From Truepera sp. (GTDB taxonomy: Bacteria > Deinococcota > Deinococci > Deinococcales > Trueperaceae), in contig CBDCKW010000005.1 of the NCBI GenBank assembly GCA_965218435.1, forward strand, positions 512,001 to 576,000: a DNA stretch of 64,000 nucleotides, read 5' to 3'. Position 1 is the stretch's first letter, and each line of letters starts with the position of its first letter. A program made the position numbers and the translations under genes. Shown one piece after another: positions 19,329 through 30,313 of this stretch. Under the pieces are notes generated by a model that did not search any database, was not told the DNA's origin, and was given only the letters and a program-made list of their open reading frames with translations.

Positions 19329-19579
19329 GCCGCCCCTCCAACTTCTAACAAGCGCAGTTGAACCTTCAGATACTCGAGGTTGAGTTGTGCCTGCTCGATT
19401 CGGGTCTCAAGCGTAAGAAGCTCGGGTTCTAACTCTTTCTGTCTGGCTTGATTGAAGCCGTTGCCCCGGCTTACCGTTCTCTGCTCCAGCGTCGCCTCTA
19501 AGCGCCTCTCTAACAGGTTGTGTAACTGGTGATGGGCTTCTTCTATCTTGTGCGCGAGGTCGATCAGGGGGGTACTCAT
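19325..19579 (-). CDS. Coiled-coil hypothetical protein
   Basis: ATGA-coupled; GGAGGG RBS. Confidence 0.7.
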   Translation of the reverse strand: MSTPLIDLAHKIEEAHHQLHNLLERRLEATLEQRTVSRGNGFNQARQKELEPELLTLETRIEQAQLNLEYLKVQLRLLEVGGAA

Positions 19580-19797
19580 ACCCTCCCCTCCTGATTCCCT
19601 TTGCCCTGCTCGATGGTTTGCAGCTCGGCGTCGATTCTCTCGACTTTAGCCGCGACGCCGTAAGGCTGAGACTCAAAACACATACGGCGCTCTAAACGCT
19701 TTCGTACCTGTAACAGCTCGAGTTGACGCTTGGTAATGGGGGCAGTAAGGTGAAACATAGCATCTCCTTCTGGGAGTTGTGGATGAAGGTCACGCAT
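19576..19797 (-). CDS. Small hypothetical protein
   Basis: First gene of the coupled operon; a second ATG (MFHLTAP) follows an AAGGAG RBS. Confidence 0.55.
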   Translation of the reverse strand: MRDLHPQLPEGDAMFHLTAPITKRQLELLQVRKRLERRMCFESQPYGVAAKVERIDAELQTIEQGKGNQEGRV

Positions 19798-19911
19798 ACT
19801 TTCGACGGTTGGCGTGGCCTTCGGCTTTTGTTCGGGGCTAATCTCTAACCTCCTCTGTCAAGCTTCGGTATTCGGTTTTCAATGTCCTCAGTAGCTCGGC
19901 TAACTGATTAA

Positions 19912-19940
19912 ATAATAGCACATAGTGGCTAGGATGTCAA
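19912..19940 (-). promoter_or_regulatory. Near-consensus sigma70 promoter
   Basis: TTGACA-17 bp-TATTAT on the minus strand upstream of the coupled small-gene operon. Confidence 0.7.
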
Positions 19941-21044
19941 GCTTTTTGGGGCCTAAAGAGGCGTACTAGACGGTATAAATACGTTTTTGCTGTGTTCTCG
20001 CTCACTTTGGTTTGCACCATGTCCGGCGCGTCTCTTTTAGGCGCTGCTTGGAATCAGGCTCCGGCGCGTCGGTTTACAGCTTGAGCCTTATCTCGGGGAC
20101 AGTGAGGCAAGCTAACCGCATGTTGCAGGTTTGGCTTTTCTCCTTTCCCTGGGCTTTTGACTTTTTCTGGGAGACAGTGCCGACCAGTGAGCCGTACAAG
20201 CTGTGGCATGATTTTCGCCGGTACACCATGACGATGTGGCTACAAAGACGTTGTAACCTGAGTTATTCATGAAGCATCACCGCAAGCCAGCAAGAGCAGC
20301 GTATAGATGGCGTACTGAGCACGTTGTCGTGCCTATACGGGTATCCAGAAGGCGTTTGGACCGGATACCCGATCTTGATCTCGAGGCGCAGGAACGGGTG
20401 TTAAAGGCTCTTAGGAAAAGCTTGTTAGATGACCCACACAGACCAGTCAACTAGACTCAAGCGGCTCGCGCCCCCTTACCTCGAGGTTTGGGAGCAAGAC
20501 AGCCGTAACCCGGAGCTTTATCACTATGAAGGTGAAACGTTGACGAACGCTGCGCTGCACCGACGTGTGGACAGGTCGCCAGGACTAACGGTAGTCCGTC
20601 TTGACCGATCCGTCATGCCATACAAAGCCGGTAACATAGCACCGAGAAGAGGGTAGAACACGGGCGATGTTAGGACTCGAGTCACGAGCGCCTAGTAGAA
20701 TGGGTTCCCCTAAGCGACCAAAGTTTTTAACCGCTACCACGTCTGTCAACCCCTGCTTTTTGGGTTGACAGACAGCTGCTGCCCAGCGTTCTTGCGCACT
20801 GCTGAGAGACCGTGGACACATGCCGGGGAAGTGAGCGCGGGGTTGGCGAAGCTTCCCCGGCCTGGCCCGCGCCGAGCGGCAATGGATAGATTCGTCATCC
20901 CTTTGTCGATTAGTCGTTTGAGCCTCAAGAGAACCTGGCGTCAAGAGTAACTCTTCTTCAAAATACAAGAAGTTTGATAGTGAAGTATCGTTCGGTACCG
21001 AGACAGCCTATTCCATCCGGCGGGCCTGATTTAACAATTGGTAA

Positions 21045-22016
21045 TCAGTTCAGTTCCCGCCACGCTGTAAGTGCAGCACGCATCCCCTGTACGGCTAAAT
21101 CTGCATAATCGGCGTTACCTTGCCGTAAATCGTGCGCTAGAAAACCCATCATCACAGCGACCTGCTCAATCAGTACCCGCTGGTAAAAATCTTTGGCGAA
21201 CGGGCCCGCGTGGAGGCCGGTGTAAGTCGGCTCGAGCCATGCCAGCAGCGCGTCCGGGTGATACATGTTCAGCACCGCAACGTCCAGCTCACGCGGGCCA
21301 CCCTGACACATTCCAAAGTCGATGATTCCGGTTATTTTTAAGGTGTCGTCTACGAAAATATGATCCATCCCGAGATCGCCATGACAGAGTACCGGAGTGG
21401 GAGCAGCAAGTGTCGGCATCGTCTTAACGATAGCCAGCAACGCGTCTGTCTCGGTTTCGGTCAGCCCGGCACCTTGCTGCAAGACCGGAACGTCCGAGGC
21501 GCGGTCACGAACCATAGCAGCGGCGCGGCTCTGCCAATCGGAATGTTCCCAGCTTTCACCGATGCGCTTGCCCCAACCACCGACTCCGATACCGTGCAGT
21601 AACCCTAAAACCTCGCCCACCGAACTCACCACCTGCTTTTGAGACGTTTCATCAAGCTCAGGCCACATTTCGCCGAGAGGTTTTCCGGGAACAGACGCTA
21701 GTATCATCACCTCGAGCGGTTTTTCAGCTTCCAGCGTTGTTACGGCGTAGACTTCAGGCACCGGTACACCCGCGCGGAGGCACGCCCTCAGCGCCCACGC
21801 TTCGTTGTCAAACATCGCTTCAGAGCGCCGGTTGATACGGACAAAAACGTTTGGTGCCGCCATAAACTCAGCGCGGTAAACCTCGTTAGCGTAGCCTTGA
21901 GTAATGCGCTCGAGGCTTACTACTTCAGCGCCCATCACCTGTTCGGTAAGCGCGACGAGCTGGTCTTTTGGCGCTGCTACAGAGCTATGAAACGCTGTTA
22001 AAAAGTCGTCGGTCAT
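21045..22016 (-). CDS. Phosphotransferase (APH/kinase-like family)
   Basis: GVPVPEV, LCHGDL and GIIDFG. Confidence 0.85.
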   Translation of the reverse strand: MTDDFLTAFHSSVAAPKDQLVALTEQVMGAEVVSLERITQGYANEVYRAEFMAAPNVFVRINRRSEAMFDNEAWALRACLRAGVPVPEVYAVTTLEAEKPLEVMILASVPGKPLGEMWPELDETSQKQVVSSVGEVLGLLHGIGVGGWGKRIGESWEHSDWQSRAAAMVRDRASDVPVLQQGAGLTETETDALLAIVKTMPTLAAPTPVLCHGDLGMDHIFVDDTLKITGIIDFGMCQGGPRELDVAVLNMYHPDALLAWLEPTYTGLHAGPFAKDFYQRVLIEQVAVMMGFLAHDLRQGNADYADLAVQGMRAALTAWRELN

Positions 22017-22092
22017 CTGTCCTCCAAACTAAGGTAATTACTGTACCAGAGCCGCCAGTGCTTCACGCCGTACCCTTTCGTTAAGGCCAGAC

Positions 22093-22929
22093 CTATCCCT
22101 TTTGTTTTTGCCTGCCGAAGTCGAGGTTCGCGTAGACGCCGTAATGGTCGCTAGGGACCACCTGCAGCTGAGGTGTCGGGTGGGTGCCAAAAATGCCAGC
22201 GTCTGACACGCCAGGGTAGGGCAAGCCTGTGTTGAAAACATCCCGTAAGAGTATCCAGTCAACCCGCATCGGAATCTCGAGCGTCGGCGCGTCCTGCCAG
22301 CGCGGGTTGCGCCAGAAGTCGAGCGTCGGCTCGGGCGATCCGCCGCCCCGCTCGGCGTGGAGACGCGCGAGATCATGCCAGCCAGCGCCGGGTGCTCTAC
22401 TTAATAGCGTCTGCTGGTCTTTCAAGAAGCGGTAGATGCTCGAGTCCAGGGTGGCGTTGAAGTCGCCGCACAGCATCTCATAGCACCCCGCCTCCGAGCG
22501 TGCCTCGATCCAAGCCACGACCTGCGCGATCTGCGCTTCCCTAACGGCGATGTTCTCCCAGTCCAGATGGACGTTTGTGATTGCGACCTCGATGTTGCCG
22601 ACGCTCACACGTGCCCGGAGCCCGCAGTTCACCAGGGCCGGTAACTCGGTGTCCCATCCAGCCTCGACGAAGCGCAGCGGCTGCTTGCTGAGGAACGCCA
22701 AGCCTTCACCCGGATCGTCTGGGTAGAGCCGAGTCTCGACGTAATCGTAACTGCACCGCTTTGCAAGGTAGTTAGCAGCGTCTCGCCCGTCGTGCTCCCC
22801 TACCCGCGCCGCCACCTCTTGCAGGGCAACGACGTCGGCGTCGAGGCGCACGAGTTCCTCGCCCGCTGCGTCCAACCGTTCCAGCCAGCGGACAGGTGCA
22901 TTCCAAAGGTTATAGGTTGCAATTCTCAT
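22093..22929 (-). CDS. Endonuclease/exonuclease/phosphatase family protein
   Basis: ATYNLW, DVVALQEV, CGDFNA and PSDHYGV. Confidence 0.9.
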   Translation of the reverse strand: MRIATYNLWNAPVRWLERLDAAGEELVRLDADVVALQEVAARVGEHDGRDAANYLAKRCSYDYVETRLYPDDPGEGLAFLSKQPLRFVEAGWDTELPALVNCGLRARVSVGNIEVAITNVHLDWENIAVREAQIAQVVAWIEARSEAGCYEMLCGDFNATLDSSIYRFLKDQQTLLSRAPGAGWHDLARLHAERGGGSPEPTLDFWRNPRWQDAPTLEIPMRVDWILLRDVFNTGLPYPGVSDAGIFGTHPTPQLQVVPSDHYGVYANLDFGRQKQKG

Positions 22930-22938
22930 GGGTCTACC

Positions 22939-23098
22939 GGTTCCGTCAAGTTGTTTGCGAAATCGACTTTCCCGAGAATATCGCCTGTATAAGCCGTACT
23001 CTAAATTGGCTTTCCATCGCTTTTGAGTTGCATACTGATGCGTTTTTTAGCATATAATTGCGCCCAGAGCCGCGAAACCTGAACAACTTGACGGAACG
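22939..23098. mobile_element. MITE, 160 bp, non-coding
   Basis: 17-bp TIR GGTTCCGTCAAGTTGTT (terminal mismatch); 9-bp TSD GGGTCTACC at 22930-22938 and 23099-23107. Confidence 0.85.
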
Positions 23099-23444
23099 GG
23101 GTCTACCTTATACAGGTTATGAAGGTCTCTTGCCCGTTAAGTTCGTAAGCTTCGTCAAAGCGGTTTCTGCTCTCGTTTAGCACGCTTAATTTTTAGGCTG
23201 CACACATCAACTTTAGACTGTTTGGACGTTCGAGAACTCTGCTTACGAATACCTGTTCTTCAAAATAGCTACGCTAATGCACCAGCATCGTAGTACAGAT
23301 TAAGACTTTCAAACTTGTACTATTTTCTACACGAACTCTTACATAACACCGCATATCGATGGGTAGAGGCCGCCCACTCTACAGAATGGTAGAGGAAAGT
23401 AGCAAAGCCCTAGCAGATGTGAGAGCGGCAAGTCTTATGCACGT

Positions 23445-23945
23445 TCAGCCGCGAGAACCTCTCCAGTACAGCACAAGGCCACTACGTCGAGCTGACGGGC
23501 GTTCACTTCGTGCAGCTAAGAGGGTGACACCGGAAAGCACGAGGCACACAGGGGTATAGAAAGACAAGTTCAGCCGGTAAAACCTGGTACCCCTTTCTCC
23601 CGTGAGTGCTTTGCTCACCCCGGATACGCCACGTGTCAGCAGTCCGGCAGAGATTAAGAGGGTACCGAACTGAAGCGTCCAAAAAGGGATGAGGCGTCCG
23701 ATTCGACCCAAACGCTGTACCCGTGCCGTGAGCGTCAACGCACCCAGAAACAAAGCGCTCGCAAGTGGCACCAAAATGCTGGGTGTGAAGACCGGTTTGT
23801 CCGTATCGAGGATGATCTGAGGCAGTTCATCTGCGTTCTTCGCGGGCCAACGTCCACCCGCCGCCCAGTAAAGGTGCAAAGCACCATCGGCGGCCAAGAC
23901 CACCGCAACTAACAAGCCTGCGTGTTGTTTCGTTCGTTCTCGCAT
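23445..23945 (-). CDS. DUF3995-like membrane protein
   Basis: LHLYWAAGGRWP ... FYTPVCL pattern. Confidence 0.7.
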   Translation of the reverse strand: MRERTKQHAGLLVAVVLAADGALHLYWAAGGRWPAKNADELPQIILDTDKPVFTPSILVPLASALFLGALTLTARVQRLGRIGRLIPFWTLQFGTLLISAGLLTRGVSGVSKALTGERGTRFYRLNLSFYTPVCLVLSGVTLLAARSERPSARRSGLVLYWRGSRG

Positions 23946-24008
23946 GTTGTCTCCGTTGGGCCGAGTTGCTCTCGGGGTTCAAGGAGCCCGTGCTCTCCGT
24001 TGGAGTGC

Positions 24009-25055
24009 TCAGTGCCCCAAAAAGTCTTCAATGACCGCCGCTACCCGGGCAGGCTGGTCTTCGTGAACGACGTGCCCCGCTCCCTTCACCTCAACGATCC
24101 TGGCCGCAGGGACCAGTTGCCGCCAGCGCTGAAGTTGAGTCGTGGTATCAAGGACGGTATCTTGCATTCCCCAGACGACAAGAGTTGGTACTCTTAAGTT
24201 AGGCAGCCGTCGTTCAGTTTCATTCCAGTCGAGGTTCCGTTCCAGTACCCACTGAGAGATAAGATTGTGGTGGCGGCGGTAGGGAATCCAGGTCTCCCTC
24301 ACCATTTCGTCTGTGACTTCACGGTGGACGAGTACCCTGCTCAGCGAGGATTTGACGTCATCCTCTGAAGAAAAGAGTTTAATGGCAAGTTCTCCGATGA
24401 CCGGCCACTTGGTGAGTTCCCACTTCCACGAGTCAGGAAGGTCCATGCCGGTGCCGTTCAGGGAGACGAGCTTGTCTACGCGACTCGGATGCTTTTCGGC
24501 GAAGTATAGGGCGTACCCGCCTCCCCAAGAGTTTCCGATGAATGTCGCTTTGGGGATGGCTAATTTGTCCATGAAGGCCAGGAGCATCCGGTCGATGGCG
24601 TCCAGGGTGTAGAGCTGGTTGTAGTTCGGGGTGGTGGCAAGAGGCGTCGTGTAACCGTCCCCGGGTGGGTCGAGAACATAAACAGAGTAATTTGGAGCGA
24701 GGGCAGCGGCGAGTTCGCGGAAGCTGTACGTCGATCCGCCCCCGCCTGGGATAAGGATGACAGGTGCGCCTGTACCTACATGAACGTAGTGCAACCGAAA
24801 GTCCTTTAGGTCAACGTAATGGCTCACGCCTTGCTGTCCCAGCTCCGCCAAGTAGGAAGACTGCTGCGTTGTCTCCGCTGGCATGTAAACGTATGCCCCA
24901 TAGAGCATGGTGCCCACGAAAGCTGTCAAGACGAGCAGGAGCACTGTACCGGGCCAGCGCCACCTGCTGTGGTGTTTTCGTGTGGGGCGCTCGGCGTTGG
25001 AGGTGCCCGTGGTGGTACTGCGCGAGGGGGGTAGGGTGTGCTGCGCTTCGCTCAT
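24009..25055 (-). CDS. Alpha/beta hydrolase with N-terminal membrane anchor
   Basis: GNSWGG, WGMQD and GAGHVVHED. Confidence 0.9.
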   Translation of the reverse strand: MSEAQHTLPPSRSTTTGTSNAERPTRKHHSRWRWPGTVLLLVLTAFVGTMLYGAYVYMPAETTQQSSYLAELGQQGVSHYVDLKDFRLHYVHVGTGAPVILIPGGGGSTYSFRELAAALAPNYSVYVLDPPGDGYTTPLATTPNYNQLYTLDAIDRMLLAFMDKLAIPKATFIGNSWGGGYALYFAEKHPSRVDKLVSLNGTGMDLPDSWKWELTKWPVIGELAIKLFSSEDDVKSSLSRVLVHREVTDEMVRETWIPYRRHHNLISQWVLERNLDWNETERRLPNLRVPTLVVWGMQDTVLDTTTQLQRWRQLVPAARIVEVKGAGHVVHEDQPARVAAVIEDFLGH

Positions 25056-25129
25056 AGTAGGGTGTTCCGTTCTGCATTCTTTTGGATTGCTGTTTGAATA
25101 GAGGGTGTGCTTGGATTGCGGTACGAAAG

Positions 25130-25762
25130 TCAGGGAGTGGGGTTAAGCTTTTTAGCCAGTAGAACTTGCACGACGTGTTGTTTGCGCTGTATAAGGAACG
25201 CTGGATCATGGGTGTCGATTCCGAGGGGTTTAAGGAACGTCGTGGCGTGAGCCAGTGGGAACCAGCACAGCGCAGTCAGATCGATAAGGAACTGTTCGGC
25301 ATTGCCTTGCCAGTGGAGTTCTTTGTGGAGAACGTCGAGGGCGTCCCGAAGAAACTCTAGTAACGCAGGGAGGTCGCCGAGATGCTGACCTCCGTGGAGC
25401 GCCTCCCACTCGGTCATCCGAATGAACATGGGGTTAGTGACGAGGAAGTCGAAGACGCTTTCAATGGCGAACTCGAGCAGGTCTTGGGCGTCCGTGTGGG
25501 GTTGTCGAGCTCGCGCGCGGAGCACCGTGACTAATTCTCGCGACCGCGCGAAGCTGCGCTCGAGAACGGCCTGGTAGAGTCCTTCTTTGGAGCCGAAAAA
25601 ATAGCCTGGCGTACCGCGCGCCACGCTAGCTTTGTCGCAGATAGCTTGCAAGCTGGTAGCGTCGTACCCTTTGTCAGCGAAGAGCACTTCTGCGGCGGTG
25701 AGGATGGCTGTTTTGCTGGCTTCAGCGGCGAGAATCTTGCGTGAGGTGGTGGGTGCGGTCAT
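25130..25762 (-). CDS. TetR family regulator
   Basis: ILTAAEVLFADKGYDATS...YFFGSKEGL. Confidence 0.9.
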   Translation of the reverse strand: MTAPTTSRKILAAEASKTAILTAAEVLFADKGYDATSLQAICDKASVARGTPGYFFGSKEGLYQAVLERSFARSRELVTVLRARARQPHTDAQDLLEFAIESVFDFLVTNPMFIRMTEWEALHGGQHLGDLPALLEFLRDALDVLHKELHWQGNAEQFLIDLTALCWFPLAHATTFLKPLGIDTHDPAFLIQRKQHVVQVLLAKKLNPTP

Positions 25763-26329
25763 GGTTGCTCATTCCTTATCTTAGTAGAGTCTCCATTTAT
25801 ATCTTCGCTGATTGTACAGCATAGGTGGAGTACATTCAAGTCTTGGGCCTCACCGTATAAATCCGGGAGAATTGTACGGTAAGCGCAAACCGACGTATCA
25901 TCACTTTGACGAAATACGTGAGGCACACATTGATACGTTGACGGCAGTTCAAGCGAAGAACCACTACGAGCCGATTAGGAAGACGACGGGGTTTCGCCTT
26001 GAGTTCTCCCTGATTGGGCTTCGCGCTTGACACTGACATCCAGACCGAGCTAGTCAATCAATGGGGGAACTCTCCCGAAAACAACCTTCTTCGGTCATAT
26101 AGTGCGATTTGAACCTGTACTATACAGCCTTAAAGCGATTTTCTTAGCTGGTAGCGAACGATCTTTTTCGGGAAAGTTGCAACCACGATGTAACTCTAGG
26201 GGATGCACAGGAGTGGCTGTGGGCATTTTGAAGGACTACCAGAAAAAGGGTAGACGCTGTTACCGTCGCGTTAGCGTACAGTCCTCCCTGTTTTATACGG
26301 TGAGGCCAGCTATCGCGCTGCGCCCGCCG

Positions 26330-26872
26330 TCACCGCGGCTGGTAGAGGTGAAGCGCAGTGCCGTTCGCGTACGTCGTCGCAGCGAGAACATCGAAGTGCA
26401 GAGCGTCCGGAAGGTCGCGGAACAAGGGCTTGCCGCCGCCATAGGCGACTGGCAGGGTCACGATGGCGTATTCATCGATGAGTCCAGCCCTTGCTAGGGA
26501 CTGGGCAAACTGCGCGCCGCCCCAAGCGATGATTTCCCCGCCAGGCTGGCTCCGTAGGGACGCGATCTCGTCTGCGAGGTCACCACGCGCGATTGAGGAG
26601 TCGGGCCAGCTGACTCCTTCAAGCGTCTTGGAGAACACAACTTTGGGGATTTCGTTCATCGGCGCGGCGTAATCGTCGGTTGAGGTTGGCCAAGTCGATG
26701 CCATCTCTTCATAGGTTACTCGTCCCATGATGTGTGTTCCGGCGCGGCGGATGCGCTCGAGTTTCCAACGCTTCAGTTCGGCCGGTTCGGAGAGCCCGCC
26801 GACGACTAGCTCTGTAGGCGCGACCACGTACCCGTCAAACGACGCGGTCATGATCAGGACCACCTTACGCAT
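26330..26872 (-). CDS. Dihydrofolate reductase / RibD C-terminal family protein
   Basis: ASFDGY, MGRVTYE and GLIDEY...GGGKPLF. Confidence 0.85.
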   Translation of the reverse strand: MRKVVLIMTASFDGYVVAPTELVVGGLSEPAELKRWKLERIRRAGTHIMGRVTYEEMASTWPTSTDDYAAPMNEIPKVVFSKTLEGVSWPDSSIARGDLADEIASLRSQPGGEIIAWGGAQFAQSLARAGLIDEYAIVTLPVAYGGGKPLFRDLPDALHFDVLAATTYANGTALHLYQPR

Positions 26873-27428
26873 GTCTATCCTCCTTGATCCGTCGCACCAC
26901 GCGCAATTTGCGTACGCCGGTGTCCCGATAGTCCACACCTAAAAAGCCTTCTCATGACATGAGCTACCTCCAAGACACAATTTTAGCAAAGTTGTAACTG
27001 TATTGCTTCTCGAATCTTGCGCGTTTATTGTGCCCGGACTTCTTCGGCTACCACGCCGCCTTGCTGCGGCAGCGTTCACCTCTAGCGTGGCGTCATCTTT
27101 CGGGTCGTCGCTCAGTGTTCCGCCTCAGAGAAGTAACTGGTAAAATCCATAGGTAGCCTGAAATATCTATAAGTTGCGGAGACTCCTACTCAATCGGTTC
27201 ACCCTCCACGTCATACGCATTGGCGTGACGCTCAGCTGCGGTAATAGGACGCTATTGGCGAACTCAGGTTAAAAAGATGTTAGTGAAAGTTTAGAAGCAA
27301 ATGCTCGAACGAGACACCCTACACCTCTTGAAACTCAAATCGTAACTTTCTGTTCAAATGTGCCCGCTGGTCGACTTTGTGACAAGTCGCATACAACCCG
27401 ATTTTGCAACTTCTACTTCTGGTTCATC

Positions 27429-27956
27429 CTATGAAGTACGCGAACCGCGAGCGGTAGGAGTATTGTTGAACAAACTCAGATGTGCTTCTGCAACGAATCG
27501 GACGAAAAGGCGAGCGAACTCTTGACGCTCCGCGTCCGGCCAGCTGGCCGTAACCGCCTCGAAGACAGAACGCTGGTAGCTGCTAGCCGCTGAAGCGAGC
27601 GCGCGACCGTCTTGGGTGAGTTCAAGTAAACTGCGACGACCGTCAGCCTGTGAAGCTGCTCGAGCCAGTAGTCCATCTCTAACCGCGTCAGCTATGACAC
27701 GGCTTGCGGTTGATGGGTCAAGCCCGAGGTACTGCGCTACGGTTCCCACCGTTATCTCTTGAGCGGACTCTAGACCTGCCTCTACCGCCTGCACCGCTAG
27801 AATCTGCGACAATTCAACGCCGCTCTCAGTTCGCCCTACTAAACTCTGTGGCAGCGATTGCCTACCGAAGAACCGTCCCAACCTGAACAGCGCTTTACCC
27901 GCTTCACCCGATGGCGATAGAGGGTCAGGCACTCCGGAAATGTTCGCTTGTTTCAT
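27429..27956 (-). CDS. MarR family regulator
   Basis: LGLDPSTASR and DGRRSLLELTQDG. Confidence 0.85.
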   Translation of the reverse strand: MKQANISGVPDPLSPSGEAGKALFRLGRFFGRQSLPQSLVGRTESGVELSQILAVQAVEAGLESAQEITVGTVAQYLGLDPSTASRVIADAVRDGLLARAASQADGRRSLLELTQDGRALASAASSYQRSVFEAVTASWPDAERQEFARLFVRFVAEAHLSLFNNTPTARGSRTS

Positions 27957-28070
27957 CGTTACATTTTACCTCTAGACACATGTCGACCAAAGGTATATGC
28001 TCTACCTAGTTTAATGTGTGTACGATACATACATATTTATATGGCATATAACAATGAGAGGTGACATCTG

Positions 28071-28628
28071 ATGAGTAGTTACGGACATATCTTTGCGATT
28101 TCGACTACAGGCGTGCTGGGCGAGGCGACGCGAGCTCTGAGCACAGCAGCGGGGGCTCTAACGGCAATGGCTAAAAATAAAGCAGCCCTCGAACATCTCG
28201 CGGAAAGTTTGGACAACCCGACGCTCGTCTATCGTCCTTTGGTTGCCGACCCTCACCGAACCGGAGACGTCATAGCCCACTTCAAGCAAGCAATGCACTA
28301 TGCTCCTATTGACCTGGTGCTCGCAAATATACCGCCGAGTGCACACGACAGTAGTTACGCGGTGACCAAGCTACTCGCGGAAATCTCCCCCGACACACGG
28401 ATATTCCACGTCCTCAGCAGTGCCGCTTACGAAGATCCCTTCGACAAGCTCGAGCTGCCCTTGACGCACTTTCGGGAGGTTAATCCCAATTACCACCAGA
28501 TCATTCTTGGCTTCGTCAAAGAGGAAAAGTCACGGCGGGAGCTTTCCAGCACCGAGATCGCGCGCGGTGTCGAACAGGCAGTCGCACAGCCACAACCCTG
28601 TTCGTTAATCGGAACCGTTACAACTTGA
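28071..28628 (+). CDS. Hypothetical protein, degenerate Rossmann/SDR-like
   Basis: GAGG RBS; TGVLG N-terminal segment; QIILGFV motif. Confidence 0.6.
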   Translation: MSSYGHIFAISTTGVLGEATRALSTAAGALTAMAKNKAALEHLAESLDNPTLVYRPLVADPHRTGDVIAHFKQAMHYAPIDLVLANIPPSAHDSSYAVTKLLAEISPDTRIFHVLSSAAYEDPFDKLELPLTHFREVNPNYHQIILGFVKEEKSRRELSSTEIARGVEQAVAQPQPCSLIGTVTT

Positions 28629-28747
28629 ACTTGGATCCGTGGGGAACACGTGTCTAAGTGAGCCTCATCAATTCCTTTTATAAGCACCAGGTAAACGTTC
28701 TAAACGTATAAGCTGCCTTCCCACGTCGTCGCCTCGCAAAAGAAAGC

Positions 28748-30313
28748 GTGAACAAAATGACCTCGGATGTAAGCAACTCGACAGAAAACAGCGGCCCGAG
28801 CATGACTCGCTCTCAGCGGCTTTTATCACTCAGCGCACTACTCCTCGCCATGCTGATGGCGTCGCTCGATCAGAACATTGTTGCCACGGCCCTGCCCACT
28901 ATCGTTGGAGAGTTGGGCGGGCTGCGCTACTTCGCCTGGGTCACAACGGCCTACATCCTCGCAGTTAGCATCACCACGCCGCTGTACGGCAAGCTTGGCG
29001 ACCTTTACGGACGTAAACCCCTTTTTCTTTTTGCCCTCGCCGCGTTCCTGCTGGGCTCGGCTCTTTCTGGCGTGGCGCAGTCGATGGGGCAGCTTATCGG
29101 CTTCAGGGTACTGCAAGGGGTTGGCGGTGGCGGGCTTATCATCTCAGCTGCCACAGTCTATGCCGAATTGTTCGAGCCCGAAGACCGCTCCCGATACCAG
29201 GGATGGTTCACCGCCGTGTTCGGCGCTTCTTCGGTGGCGGGGCCGTTGCTGGGCGGCGTCATTACAGATGTTTTAGGTTGGCGCTGGGTGTTCTACTTTA
29301 ACCTCCCATTAGGTGCGCTCGCCTTGGCTATCGCCATAACACAGTTGCGACTTCCCCGTCCTCACGGAAAACCGCGTATCGACATCCTTGGCGCTCTCCT
29401 GCTCGGCGGTTTCGTAACCTGTTTGACGTTACTTACGGGCTGGGCGGGGACGACGTACCCCTGGCGCTCACCTACGATTCTTGGTCTGGCCGCCGCCGCG
29501 CTCGGCCTGTTCATTATCTGGCTAGTGGTCGAGCATTCGACCAAGGATCCGATCATCCCACTCCGGCTCTTCCGTAACCCTTCGCTCAGTGTGGCCAACG
29601 CAGTAACTTTCCTAAGCGGATTTTCGCTCTTCGGAGGCGTCTTCTTCGTGCCGCTGTTTTTGCAGTACGTTACCGGCGTCAGCGCTACCAGCTCCGGGTT
29701 GCTGCTGCTGCCCCTCACAGCGGGTCTCCTGGTAGTATCGCTCACCTCGAGCGTCATCACCCGGGTCGGCGGCCTTAAGTGGTTCGGGGTAGTGGGGATG
29801 GGCTTCGCGCTCGCCGGTATGGCTCTGCTGGCGACGATGACGGTGGACACCGGTCAGCTTACCTCCGGGGCGTATCTGGTGCTACTTGGAATCGGTTTCG
29901 GCCTGACCATGCAGATTTACACTCTGGCCGTGCAGAACAGCGCACCCAGGACGGACATGGGTGCGGCGATCTCGACCTTAACCTTCGCGTGCCAAGTGGG
30001 CGGCGCTCTCGGGGCAGCGGTGTTCGGCGCGATCTTTGGAAACCAGTTAAGTGCTTCTCTTGCTGCGCGCCTCCCTGCCTCGTTCGTCGACCGCTTGCCA
30101 GACGACGGGTCACTCACGCCTGAAGCTTTGGGGAATTTGCCTGTTGCTCTAAAAACTAACACCGTCTCGGCCTATGCGGACGCGCTCACAAGCGTTTACT
30201 TCGTTGCAGCATTGGTACTCGCCGCTGGCTTTGTGGTTTCACTTTTTTTGAGGCGAATACCGCTCAGTTCGACACCCGTTCCAGTATCTGGGCATTCACA
30301 AGTACAAGAATAG
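28748..30313 (+). CDS. MFS transporter, DHA2 family
   Basis: SLDQNIVATALP, YGKLGDLYGRK and WRWVFYFNLPLG. Confidence 0.92.
   Translation: MNKMTSDVSNSTENSGPSMTRSQRLLSLSALLLAMLMASLDQNIVATALPTIVGELGGLRYFAWVTTAYILAVSITTPLYGKLGDLYGRKPLFLFALAAFLLGSALSGVAQSMGQLIGFRVLQGVGGGGLIISAATVYAELFEPEDRSRYQGWFTAVFGASSVAGPLLGGVITDVLGWRWVFYFNLPLGALALAIAITQLRLPRPHGKPRIDILGALLLGGFVTCLTLLTGWAGTTYPWRSPTILGLAAAALGLFIIWLVVEHSTKDPIIPLRLFRNPSLSVANAVTFLSGFSLFGGVFFVPLFLQYVTGVSATSSGLLLLPLTAGLLVVSLTSSVITRVGGLKWFGVVGMGFALAGMALLATMTVDTGQLTSGAYLVLLGIGFGLTMQIYTLAVQNSAPRTDMGAAISTLTFACQVGGALGAAVFGAIFGNQLSASLAARLPASFVDRLPDDGSLTPEALGNLPVALKTNTVSAYADALTSVYFVAALVLAAGFVVSLFLRRIPLSSTPVPVSGHSQVQE

Noticed and set aside
20012..20968. Short ORFs including 20269-20454 and 20429-20656
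   Set aside because: They may be real but show no recognisable motif, so they were not called.
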